Source: Anthoceros angustus (taxonomy: Eukaryota > Plantae > Anthocerotophyta). From it: a DNA stretch of 64,000 nucleotides. Location of the stretch: NCBI GenBank assembly GCA_010909165.1, contig MU008174.1, positions 1,054,001 through 1,118,000 of the forward strand, read 5' to 3'. Below, piece by piece: positions 20,741 to 33,814 of this stretch (positions are counted from its first letter, which is position 1; each line of letters begins with the position of its first letter). The translations under genes and the position numbers were made by a program. A model generated the notes under the pieces. The model did not search any database and had not been told where the DNA came from. It saw nothing but the letters and a program-made list of their open reading frames with translations.

Positions 20741-22773
20741 TTCTCCAGATCCTGCTTCCTGGCTTCCGGCTTCCTGCTTCCGCTCCGATCAGCTGCACAA
20801 TCCTCCACACAATCTCGTCACTGGCAACGATTTAAGCCAAACCCTGGGTGCACGGGCTTACAATCTCCCAAAACACCTCAGCTTGCAGCGGTACATTCCG
20901 GAATCCTGGATGCTTGTCCCATCACCATTTGCGTAATTTACATTTTGCGGCTTTGCCTTACGATTTTGCTTCTCTGAAGCTCTAAACTGGAGATGCACCC
21001 GGCCTGCCACCTAGAGTACCTACCTAGGTAGGTTCCTAATGCATTCGCCCAGACCTTTCCTGCAGGACTTTAGGCAAGGTATAACTAATTAATTAAACTT
21101 AAATATTTAGAAGGGCGATCGTTTCATAACGACATACATATGGACATATGTATGTCTCCAGTAGTATGGCAAGTCAAGTCTTTACCATCATGAACAAGAA
21201 CTCAAATGCACTCTTTCCCACCATGAGCGACAACTCAATTGCACTCCCTTACCTTCAATGTGACAGCTACAGTGAGCATAGTTTTTCCATGACTCGACAA
21301 TGAGAAGGATTGTTGCAATGTTCAAATGCGATTTCTTGACGAACACCAAAGACAAGGGTCCACGCCCTTCACAGCCTAGCATTCAAGGCCATGCTAAAAG
21401 AATTCAGACACCGCTAGCAACACAATTAAAGATTTGTGTCCACCTCTTCATACCCTTCACAACATAGCATTCGAAGCGATATATCTGCTAGAAGAATGAC
21501 AGTAGCCTGACAGTACCTATCGACTTGCTGATCCAAACTTCGTTCGGAAGCAACATGTCGACATGGAAATCAGCTTCGATTGCTGCAACTCACGAGATCC
21601 CCAAACTCGGAAAACTTTGAGTAATATTTGGCTGTCACCAATATCCTCTCAAAAGCTATATCTCATCTTCATGAAGTACCCGTGATATCCACATCCTATA
21701 TATTGCCTCCGAAAGCTTTATCTTATTTCTCCATGAATATGGAATGCGCTTAAATAAGGGCCATACAAACCCATAAGAAAAGCTAGCCGAAGCTAGGACC
21801 AAGGATATCAGACAAGGTAACCGAGGACCCTTCGACTAACAGCTTACCATCGAGTAATTAAAGATCCTCTGTGGCAATTACCTCAAACTATGGCTTGAGT
21901 AGTGTAGTTCATCGAATTATGTGCGAAGTCGGTAGTTGAGTTTCGGATTGAACAGTTCAGTTCGAAAATCCAACTGAATTGGTTAGGAAACCATGTGCCC
22001 AAGGGATTGTTGAAGATATTTAACAGTTCATTTTGAAAATCCAACTGAACTGGTTAGCAAACTGTGGCTTCTCAAACAGGCGCATAGATTTGAACTAGGG
22101 TCGGTTTGAAGTGAACTCCCCACAATTCGCATGGAAATTAAAGCGCATGTAAATAACTGGTAAAAATGAATGTACAATTTTTTTTAATTTGAATTTGTCA
22201 AATGTGGCTCATCTATCGCAGATTCGATTCAAGATCGGGAGAAACCCAACAAGCACGCAATCATTACTTGTTATGTCAGCGCATTGTAGTGGGAGGTCAA
22301 TTCGTGTTCGACCGTTGGTCTTGGACTGCACCACAAGAGAACGCTGGTGCTCTCTCGGCAAAGAGTGTAACTTCAACAATACACTCCACTATAGAAAAAC
22401 TTATTTGTTCTTTCAACAAAGAGTGCAACTTCAACAAAGAGCGGAGTTACAACACACTATACATCTCAGGCCCCAGCCCCCAGTACGTGGAGGAATAGGT
22501 GGTGTGCTGCTTCTCATCACGGACATTGCTCAGAAGGGCGTTGAAAAAGCCCAAAGTAATACAAAGAGTTCAACAAAAGCTAAATATAAACTATCCACCA
22601 TCGCTCAACCTCTCACACAATATATTGTAAAAAATGCATACCTATGGACAACGGACTCTCCTTGGGGTTAGGAAATAAGCTGGGTTTGTTTTTTTTCGTA
22701 GGTGTGGAGTGTAAAATAAGGTGGAAAGGGAGGAATAAGCATCCGGGTGCGCCCTTCCGCACACACCACCACA

Positions 22774-23716
22774 TGTTAGGGTCCGTCACGGACCTTGATC
22801 GATCTCTCCCGAGGCGCCGGGCACCTCGACTCGGGACTCACGCTAGTAAGAAGGCACACAAAGGGCACCGAAGACGCAGCATCAACACCAAGAGAAAGAT
22901 GCTTACTTAGAGCATTTCGGCCCTCTTATACTACGCCGAAGGTTGGCATCTTTATTACACACCTATTTTGAGTGGTGGCTGGCTCGATCTAATCGCCGCC
23001 TACTATTTCCCTTTATTCACCTATCTCTACGAGTCGGTGGTGTGGGATTGCCCCAGTTCGCCTCGGCCCAAGCCCTAGCACTGGCGCCCCAATCGGATGA
23101 TCGCGGTAGCCCCTACCTCTGCGGGACTCAGCCTGCGCTCGGCGGCGACAGCGGTCACCACTAAATACTCCCCATCCTCTCTTATCTCTGGCGGGGCCCT
23201 TATGCAGTAGGATTACCGAGGAGAAGGTTACATCGGGGCGTGATTGGTGGCTCCCTCGCTCCACAGTCGGACTTGAGGTCCGGTCTTGACTCGAGTCCGG
23301 ACCTCTAGGTCCGGTCTTCTCTCCGGTCAGGACCTCAGGTCCGGTCTTCTCTCAGGTCCGGACCTGGGTCCGGTCTTCTTCTGAGTCCAGGACCTCGGTG
23401 TCCTCGCCTCTAGGGTCCGATCTTGGGCCCGGCCTTCCCCAGGTCCAGGACCTCGGGGTCCTGGTCTCGTCCAGGACCTCGAGTCAGACTTTCTTCGAGG
23501 CCGGACCTCGGGGTCCGCCTCAGTCCGGATCCGAACAAAGTCGGGACTCACACTGGGTTTCCCTTCTTGGACTTCTCAATGGTTCTGCCCAGGTCCTCCA
23601 TGTTCCGGTTGCCACAGTCGCCTTCTCGGTTCCCCAGGCCCTCCTCCCCTCCTTGGTGGTGAGTGTCAGTGCCTCAGGGCAGGCCTTCCCTCGTCCTCAG
23701 TTGCTCCCCCTGTGCT
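22774..23716. mobile_element. LTR-like segment (TGTTAG...GTTACA, 22774-23232) plus CCGGA-rich tandem repeats; truncated copy of the element at 35851
   Basis: Collinear with 35851-36900 and cut at the block junction. Confidence 0.6.
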
Positions 23717-25767
23717 GTGCTCCAAGGAACATGTAACACGCTAGAAGGCTGCTGCTGAGTTGCTGAGGTTTGAACTCCCAGTACTGCTGGGCAGGTTGTT
23801 GCTGGAACTCCTCTGCAAGTTCAGCTGCAGCATGCTGTTCCTGTTGAACCGTAATCGATAACACCCATTAGCTCTGATCCCTGCCGTTTTCTGGTTATGC
23901 AATTCAGGAGGGGTGCCACTATCTGAAGCTCGGAATACACACCCTCGCCCTCATGTAGACTGAGAACTCTGCCTCTCTCCCAAGTATTTCGGCTGGAGGG
24001 CTGGGTGGAAGCCCAGTGCTCAAGAGTTTTTCATGAATGTTCCAAGATGAACCAAGCGTGGTAATTTGCACATTCCTCAGGAGCATTTACATCCCAGGAG
24101 GAAGTCTAAGCTGGCTTAGGACGAGCCTGGCTTGGCTCTCCTGCAAGTACCTGGAGGCTGAAGATCTCAGACACATTGTAGGCCTACGAACTCAACAACA
24201 GACTACCACCTGAAGTGCACTGAAATTGTGCAGGGAACACCTTTCACTCACACTCTTGCTATCCCTAATTCGGAAGATGTCACGGCTTCGACCCCGCTGC
24301 TCATAGACCTCACAGTACATCCACGAAGCATCCGGCGTGCCCATTTCTGAAAAGGACGGATGTAGCCTGTACTCTCTACCCGGGCATGGGTAGCTGTCGA
24401 GGGATGATGTAGCTTGTGCTCCATCGTGGGCAGGCGGGATACTTTGTGGATGTAATGGGGAGGTCCGATGGCTCTGGGGGGAGATTTGGAACACACACTT
24501 GTAGCAAACGGGTGAAACTATGCTGCGTGAACAAGGGCTATATAGGCCTGGTACAGTTGAGATGTGATTACCTGCACAAAGGAGACAGCAATTCAACTGC
24601 TACAAAGCTGAGACAGACCAGAGCTCTGTGCAGGATGTTACCTTCTGGCGTGATAAGAGCGTCGGGATAGCCCTTGGTTCTGTTCCCCACTTCATGAACT
24701 GAAAGCAGGATACTGCACTCCAGCTGGAAGGGTTCCGGGCATGTGAGAAACACCTGCAGAGCCCATCTGTGATCTACCTGAACAGCGATGGTTGTACTGC
24801 TGTGCAAGATGTGATAAAACGATGCAGCTCTGCCGCTGGACTTGGTCATCGACGCGGCACAGATGTAGCTCCAGAAGAATCAGCCCCACCTGAAGGTGCG
24901 CAGCTTGAAATGGCCTGCAGTGCGTCTCGAAATGTGCAAAACCCTCCTCGCAGCCAACACGTTCCGATATCCTCATGTCCCGGATAGACGCTGGGTTGAT
25001 GAAGACCGGGTGACGTTGAGGAAGTGGCCCCTGGTTGATATGAGTCCACATGGTACAAGCGTCAGGAAGGCCACCCAGACAAAGGTGGGCAGCACCTAAG
25101 TCTTCCAGCGCTCTCCACTTCGAACACTCGAAACCATTCAAGCTCCATCCATCTTTGCCCACTCGGCACTCACCACCCGTCCAGCCAAGCCATCAGATTG
25201 ACTACACTTCCTTGAGTAGAAAGATAGCTCATCGGAGCGTTCAGCCTGATTCGGACTCGTCCCCAACAGCACTCACTCACGATGCAACGTCTGCTCAACC
25301 TGACCTGCATTCCAGGTCTTCCTACCGCGACCTTGCAGCTTGCTCTCATTTTATGCTCGTGTTGCCTGTTTCTAGGGTTATGAGGGCTAACCGAGGTCCG
25401 AATGCATCTTTGGCTTGAGAATGGTAGAAGCGGTCTTCGTGGCTTATCGCATGTATGTTTGGCTTGATGAATGGCAGAAGTGACAAGAGGAGCTCGACCT
25501 TTGATGCCGGTGGCACCAACTATTTCTGGACCTAGATGTTTATGTTGTGATTTTTCCGTCTTCCCATGGTTCTCCAGTAGGAGAAAATGAGGAGAGGTGG
25601 AGGCGTGGGCGTCCACTGGGTTGGCTGGGGCCTGGTTCAAGGCAGAGCGAGGCCAGGCAGCCCGTTGGAGGAATGGTGCAGGCAGATGTCGTCGGTGGCG
25701 GGCGTGGCGGAGCAGCGAAGATCTACAGCCAGCAGCTTTGGTTGGTATTGCAGTCGGTTTTGAAGAA

Positions 25768-28636
25768 ATGGAGCTCCGTTGTATGGATGGATTCTTATCT
25801 GGCCTGGCTTACAGGTGAGGGGAGTGCAGAGCAGGTCTGGTGGGGAGGCCTGTGGTGGATTCTCCGAAGTGGTGGGCCAGGAGGAGGTAAGTAATGTGGT
25901 CCTTTCGATGTGTAGCTTGCTGTTTGTAGATCAGGCCCATGTTGGGTAGGGCAGGCATTTGAATTATGGCAGCATTGCAGAAAAACTTCCATAATCCGGA
26001 CTTCGTGCACAGCACATCAGGGGTGAACTTGTGGGTTGAGGAACGGGGATCAGGAGACAGCGTTGTGAGGCCTATAGTTGAGCGTGGAGCTGAGTGTGAG
26101 GCCTCTGGCAGGTCGAGGTCGTCTTCTGGACTCTGTTGAGCTAGTTTTGATGAGTTTAATGCCGTCTCTTCTGTTCTGACTACACAGAGACTTTGTATCT
26201 TGCAGGTGTGAGAATGATTCGGAGAAGATTGAGACACGGAGAAGACTGTGTGAGGAGGGGCAGCCGAGTGAGGCTGTGGCAGCCTTGGAGCTTTTGGTGG
26301 GGAGCTCCGGTTGCCTTGTCTCTTTATCGTGTCCTCAGAGGATGCATATTACAGAAAGATTTGGTTCTTGGCAGGCGTGTGCACCACCTTGCTGTTCAGC
26401 GTGGGTATGATTCAAGCCCATTCTTGGCAAATCACTTCATCCGTATGTATGCTTCTCATGGGAGTTTGCGGGACGCGGCACAGGTGTTCAGCAAACTGGC
26501 TGCACCAGATCTTTTCACGTGGGCCTCCATTATTTTGGCACATGCTGATCATGGACACCCTAAACAGGCCATAAAACTTTATCAACAGATGCGGCAATCG
26601 GCTGTGAAGCCAGACAGCTATATACTTGTGGCAGTTCTGAAAGCATGTACTCGGGCAGTGGATCTGGTTTCTGGCAAAGACGTCCATGCGGACATATTGA
26701 CTGTGCAATTGAGCCGAATGTGTTTGTTGGAAACTGCCTGGTCGACATGTATGCGAAATGTGGAAGTCTGGTCGATGCTCGGAGGGTGTTTGACAGCTTG
26801 CCCATGAAGACTGTGGTTACATGGAATTCAATGATTGCAGGATATGCTCAGCACGGGCTTGGTCATGAGGCCCTTGAGCTCCATTCAAGGATGCAACGAG
26901 ATGGCATCAGTGCCCCAATAATGTGACTTTTCTGTGCCTGCTGAAGGCATGTGCTAGTGTGGGAGCTTTACATGAGGGGAAGGAGCTGCACTGCAGATCA
27001 GGGAACGAGGCTTAGACTCGGATGTGGTGGTTGCCAGCAGCCTGGTGGACATGTATGCAAAATGTGGCAGCTTAGGAGATGCCCGAGCAGTGTTTGACAG
27101 ATTGAGCAGGAGAGATGTGGTGGCCTGGACTGCCATGATAACTGGATATGTGCAGCATGGGTTTGGTCAAGAAGCGCTTGCACTTTATGCGCGTATGCAA
27201 CATGAGGGTGTTATTCAAGCCAATCGTGTCACCTTTGCATGCCTCCTCAACGCTTGTGCCAGTGTCGGAGGTTTACGCCAGGGCAAGGAGCTTCACTCAC
27301 AGATCCAGGAAAGCAGGCTGGAAGGTGATGTGGTTGTCGGCAGCAGCCTGGTGGACATGTATGCAAAATGTGGGAGCTTAGAGGATGCTCAGAGGGTTTT
27401 TGATAGACTGCCGACGAAGAACGTGGTGACATGGAATGCCATGTTTGGGGGTTATGCTCAGCATGGACTCGGGCAGGAAGCACTGGATCTGTACAAGAGT
27501 ATGCTGCTGGAGGGCGTCACTCCAGCCGACCATGTGACGTTTTCGTGCCTGGTGAAAGCATGTGCGAGCATAGGAGCTGTGCATCAGGGGAAGCAACTCC
27601 ACTCACACATCCAGGAAAGAGGACTTGAATCAGAGGATGTGCTGGCCAGCAGTCTGGTAGACATGTATGTCAAATTCGGGAGCTTGGATGATGCTCGGGA
27701 GCTGTTTGACAGATTGCCCAGCAAAGATGCCGTGACATGGAATGCTCTTTTGAATGGCTACGCCCAACACAACAATGTACAAATGGCAATGCAGTGCTTC
27801 GAAGATATGCGGCATCATGGTGTCCAACCCAACAGCTCAACATTCGTGGGTCTACTTGTGGCATGTAGCCATGCTGGCCTGGTGGATGAAGGTAAGCAGT
27901 ATTTTGCTGCAATGAAGGATGCCCATGGCATCGAGCCGTCAGTGTACCACTACAACTGCATGGTTGATCTCCTTGGACGGTCAGGCCGGCTGGATGAAGC
28001 AGAAAACCTATTGCAGGCCATGCCACACAACACCGACATCGTAGGCTGGATCTCTCTCCTGACCGCCTGCAAAAGCCATGGTGACGAAGCCCGGGCATGG
28101 AGGTGCTTCCACTCTGTCACTGCTCTGGAACCTCAAAACTCAGCTGCCTATGCTCTCCTGGCGAGCATATATGCCTCAACAGGCCGACGGAGAGAGGTAG
28201 AATCCATCGAGAACCTGAGAAAAGCTGCAGGTGCTTGCAAGAAGCCTGCTAGGGCCTGGATCGAGGTAAACAGCAGGGTTGCAACATTCATCGTTGGCGA
28301 AGAAAGGAATGACACATCCTCCAAGCTGAGCAGTGTGAATCACCAGCTCGAAGACCCAGGACCTCATCTTCACGTCCAACACTCCAAGCCGGTGACTGAA
28401 GCAGAAAGGAAGACGCCCTGTGTGGCCACGCTGAGAAACTGGCCTTAGCATACGGTCTTCTCAACACCCCAGACGGAACCACATTACTGGTCACCAAGAA
28501 CCTTCGCATGTGCGATGACTGCCACAACGGCACCAAGATGATGTCCAGGACGGAGAAGCGTGAAATCATCGTGAGAGACGCCCACCGTGTCCACCACTTC
28601 GTCGACGGCTGCTGTACCTGCGGCGACCGGCATTGA
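25768..28636 (+). CDS. PLS-E1-E2-DYW:KP PPR protein (DRH), copy 2
   Basis: Same gene as 9516-12395. Its indels (~26300, ~26325, ~26698, ~26920, ~26990, ~28405) are at positions intact in copy 1. Confidence 0.88.
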
Positions 28637-30760
28637 CAGAGTCACTGTGACAGGCTGTATTTCAGATGACGCCAGTCTTGAAGTCCTCCTCACGTCAGCC
28701 GAGAATGTGAGTAGATAAGGTCGCTTGGTATTGTAGATGAGGTGGCATCGGTGTAAGAGCATCCCGCCTGCCGCCTCCCGACAAAACGCGTCTTCCTTCC
28801 CGTCCAAACGGATGCGCAGATGCATGTAGATAGTGATGAGGTTAACAGAGAGCGGCCGTTGCCTCCAAGGACGCTGCATGACGTCGTCTCCAGCGAGTCC
28901 AGGACGTAGGCATATATCCAACCAAAGCTGTTTCAGGGCTTTTCCCAGTAAAGTGATCAGGTGAGACGTCATGTGCGAGGTGCAGCCTGGGGCGTGCACC
29001 GAGGCGGCAGCAACAGGGCCAATGAGAATCAGCAACAGGGCCAATGAGAAGCAGCAACAGGGCCAATGAGAAGCAGCCACAGAGATGCACCTTTCTCGCC
29101 CTGTCCTCCAAGTTAGCGCGCATTCAACTCCATGGAAGCTACTTGTCGCACTGCAGTTCTCCGATCACGATCTTGGCGTCTTGTCGTACTTCTCATACAC
29201 TGCGGCAGTTGGCAAGCTGCTTTGCTTGTTTGGAAAGATCCCAAGCTAACTACGCGTTGCCCACGCTTCCACAGAGCGTACCGAGATATGGGAAACCTCG
29301 AGACCGATCATTGATGCCTCTCGTGTCGCAGTACATACGTATGCGCACCAGCGGGTGCGGTGTAGTACAGTCATCTGCACCTCTTCACCGTCTCCATATG
29401 CTATGTGGTTTGAGGGTTTGAGCATGTCGTCCCTGAGTTCGAGCAGGCTTACATCCGTCTATGGAGTTGTGTGCGTGAGACCACAAATTTTTGGATTTGA
29501 GCTGATAATGTTTTAATCAAACATCCGAAGAAGCTGTTCTCGTTGCTGGACACTTCCACATGCGGCCAGGCCAGTTTATTCGAACCTGGCGTGAAATCTC
29601 CTATCCTACGTCTCTGCAAACGCCAACGAACACTCCAAAGCCATGTAAACAGTGAAAGCAGGAAGAGCCATAGCCGGGCCACCTGTTGTCAGGACTCGGG
29701 TCGTAACCGATGCATGTTGGAACTTGGGCACCCAGGAATGGTGGGCCCGCCTCATCCACACCACCACCCGGCGTCGTTTTTCTTCACTATCCAGCCGGCA
29801 GGCCTCGCCGGTGCCGTACGGTACAGGTTACATGCATATGTATGTACATATGTATATAACATAACATAACGGCTGGACAAATACAGTGAAACGGAGGCCA
29901 ACAGCTGTCAGCGGCTTATCCATAAAAGTCGACTCCGAATTCGATTTGTGATTTCGAGGCATTGTCGCTTCAATGGCGTTCTCCAGTCTGGATTTATGTA
30001 TTGCTTCCTACTGGATGAGTATGGCAACTGCATTACATAATCTCCCAGTTCTAATCTTTCTAATCCTTAAGGACACACTCGTAGACATCCTCCTGAATCC
30101 TAAAGAGACTCGTAACATCCCCCTTAAGCCTAAAGAGACACTAAGAGGTCACTCGTAGACACCGTTCCAATAGTATCCGAGTCAGTCTGCATATGGCTTT
30201 CTGGTTGTGGAAAGTGGGGTGAGGTCAGTTTCTTACTTCAACAGTTGCCACATTTGTATCTGGAAATATCGTTGAGAGGGCCCAGTTTGAAAAGCCGGTC
30301 GTGAGTCACCGCCACCGGATGAAATGGAATGATGCCGCGGCATCGGAATCTGTCCACGTGAATATGAGCGCCTCCTTGGCCCCCAGCACCTATGCCGTCT
30401 GTTTTTGACTGTGAGCGCTTCCACGGTAAGAGGGAGGTGGCAGAGAGCACAAGCCCGGCAGATCGAGGGGGCGGAATTGGCAGAGGTCAGGGACGCAGGG
30501 CCCAGGGCCAGGCCAGGTCCCACGAAAGGCTGATCGCTTCCGGCAACGACAAGCTTCGGGAGGGGCAAACAGTAGGAAGACAGAAGAGAGAGCAAAGTGG
30601 GCACGGAAGGCCGGCAGGTATTTAAGCGTTGCAAGGCTTCTGGGGGGAAGTGGAAACGAGGAGCCAGTGGAGGCGCAGATAGTGGGCAATGGAGCTCTGA
30701 ATTCGCTGCGAGGAGGAGGGAAAATTGGCGCGGAGAGGATCTGAGGAGGAGGACGGCAAG

Positions 30761-31901
30761 ATGGGGTCGCAGAGAGTGGGAGAGGATGCTTCAGCGGGGG
30801 CCGCGAAGGGGGTGAGGGAGCCGGGGGCATGCAAGAAAGTCAGGAAACCCTCGGGGCTATCTGTGGTGGTGCTGGCGTCGGATCTGGCTGTGGATACGCA
30901 TGACTTGGGCCTGCATGCTTCACCGTCTCCCTGCTCCAGCACCGCCAGCACCGCGTCTGACGCCTCCTCGGAAGACTTCGAGAATGATGATTTCCTGGAC
31001 CTGGAGGAGCTCGAATTCCTGCGCTTCGAGGGGGTGGACAAGGAGGGCCGCCAAATTGTGCGCCTCGTCGGCAAGTTTCTCCCAGGTATGTATGATTCCG
31101 GTCTGGTTGCTGCAGCCTTGCAATGCCGGTGACGGGATGTCCTGTTGGGCAAGGTTGTTGGTCTGATGTGTCCGCCCGCCGCCTGCAGCTACTGTTGTGG
31201 ACGGCAGGAGGCTCAAGGCCTTCGTGCAGCGGAAGATTGTGCAGGAGCTTAAGGACGGGTCTTTCTGTCTCGTATACTTCCACCCAATGTCCAGAGTGGG
31301 GACAACTCCTGGAATGTTCACTCTCAGGTCCATATACGAGTCTTTGCCGTGCGAGTATAAGCAGAGGCTTGAAGTGGTGTACTTCCTGCACCCCGGCCTG
31401 CGCTCCCGTCTGCTGCTTGGCACCTTTGGAAGGTTCTTCTTGACTGAGAGGTATGCTTGGCTTGCCCCCGCTTTCTTTCTCAGACAGCTAAGCTTCCCGT
31501 CCCGGGATGCTGGTGTTGCACAAAGTTCTTAGCTTCGCTTCCTTGAGTTCCTGCAGGCTCTACTGGAAGATTCAGTATGTGAGCCGCCTGGAGTTCCTGT
31601 GGGACTTCATCAGGAAGGGACAAGTGCAAGTCCCTGAGCATGTCATTGAGCACGACCAAGAGCTTGAAACCAGGCCCTGATGGACTATGGCTTGAGACCG
31701 ACCCTTTACAAAATGCTGACCTGCCTGCCTCGGGCGCCAACCTTGCTTTCAACAGATATTCTAGCTCATATGCCTACAGGTGAGGTTCCTGACGCTTGTG
31801 CATACTTGTCATACCGGAGTATTTGTGTCTGGAAACAGGATCCCTGCGATAGTCAGAGGAGCCTGGACTAATCTGTCAAACTCATTCCCTTTTGCAGGTA
31901 A
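30761..31901 (+). CDS. CRAL-TRIO/BNIP2 domain protein, copy 2
   Basis: Exon 1 is open from MGSQRVGEDAS to VGKFLP and has the same splice sites. Indels near 31283-31310 and ~31675. Confidence 0.82.
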
Positions 31902-33207
31902 CAGAACTTGACGACCAACCTTCGCCAGACACATCGAAGTATGTGTGGTACTATCCCTTGTATCATAGGGGGTCTGCAGACCCTAAACAGTCTTCATCCT
32001 CGTCCATTGAATATGGCATGCATAGTTCACGCACATACTGCAGAGTTCATAGATCGCTTTCTGCCATATCTGGAATAGACGTTGTAGCACCAGCAGCAGG
32101 TCCGCTGTTCATCGGGGACAGGAAACCTGCGGAACTTCCTTTCTCTGCAATTAGGAGTGTACAAAGAGTAAATATGCAGAGTGCTTTCTCACTTGCACAA
32201 AAAGTAAATATACAGTGTGCTTTCTCACTTGCACTTCCTATAATCTGTTTAAGATTGTTCCATGTTGTTCCATGTGTTCTGGCCTGCGAATCAAACTGCA
32301 AGTATTGGTGTTTTCCCACGTCAATTGTGTAACATCATATCAACAGCGAGCAAACTGTAAAGTATTGGCGTCGTTTTCCACATCAAGTGTTCCACATCAA
32401 AGCAACAGCGAGGAGCAGGAAGATGCAGGAACACGGCACTGCAGCAAAACATGTATGCTTCACAAGTGGAGACCTTGACAGCAAGCTATTCGACGTCCAC
32501 AAATTGCACTCTTCCCTCCACCGCTGTGCATGTTTGCAACGTCAGCCGTCCTGCACCGCCAGTCCTGTGCATGTTGGCAACTTGAACCTTCTTGCACGTC
32601 TCTTAAAGTAATGGATACCAGGTCTTGCTAGGCGTCTTCTATACCGGAGGCTCGATGCAACCTACATGCAACCAGGGACAAACAAAAGGAACATTCTGCA
32701 ACTCAGAAACCATCTCCAACAATCAGTTAAAAATCAGACATCTAGGCGTCTTCTATACTTCGGCACACCGTAGGCTCGATGCAACCTACATGCAACCAGG
32801 GACAAACAAGAAGGAACATTCTGCAACTCAGAAACCATCTCCAACAATCAGTTAAAAATCAGACATCCAGCAGGGAACTCTAAGCTGTACAAGTGCTGAG
32901 ATTATGTATTGAATCGGTCTTCTAAATACTGTATCTCTGAAAGAAAACGTAGAAGCTGCAACACAGTGTGACTTGCCTTCTCAAAGGCTTCAAGGCTCAC
33001 AAACGAGACAGGAGAGTTTCAAGATCTGCATTGCCTGAAGTTTTACGAATTGCTAAACCTATAAAAACCTTCCGATCTCACACCTATCCACAGGTAGCCC
33101 TTCATGTAGCATAAGGTCACTTCATCCATTCAAGATCCATTCGCAGATTCCTGAACCCGGCCGATGAGTCTTCTCACCAAAAACAAAATAAAGGAGTAAC
33201 AATTGCA

Positions 33208-33814
33208 TCATCCCGCAACAACGAAACTCCCATCCGATCTCTGACGCTTCCACAACGAGGGCGGGAAGCTCAGAACGAGGGAGCCGGCATGAGCCTCAGC
33301 GTCCTTTTCCTCCGGCAACCTCACCACCACTACAGGCACGTCGCAATGGTGCACGCAGTAGTCACTGACACTCCCAAGCCGCGCCTTCCTGGAGCGCTTG
33401 GCCGCGCCAAAGCCCCGGCTTCCCATGATCACGGCAGCAGCTCCCAGGCGCTCCACTTCCAAGCAAATACGCTCCTTCATGTCGTGGTCCTTGACGATAT
33501 GAATCTTGTGCGGAATTTTGGCTTCCACAAGCGGCTTGGCCAGATCGTCCGCCTTGGACGCAGTGAGTGCCTCGAATTCATCCTCCATCCGCTGCTGCTG
33601 CGCCGGCGATGCGCTCTTGTGGCCCGGCTCCGACGCAGGCCCCCAGTCCGCCCGTACAGCACGCTCGTCGGCCGCACATGCAGCAGAATCACATGGTCCC
33701 CGGGCCGCAGGTAGTTCGCCACGGCCCAGCGTACTGCGTATGCGCTCTCATCGCTCAGATCCACAGGTATGGCGATCTTCTGTCCGAACTCGGCACCGAC
33801 CCTGACAGTGGCAT
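33208..33814 (-). CDS. Universal stress protein, copy 2 (small indels)
   Basis: Matches 20132-20740, with single-base losses near 33652 and 33778. Confidence 0.85.

Noticed and set aside
21170-22740. Repeat-like AT-rich region, considered as an endogenous pararetrovirus or second LTR element
   Set aside because: No RT, movement or coat protein motifs and no paired termini could be identified.
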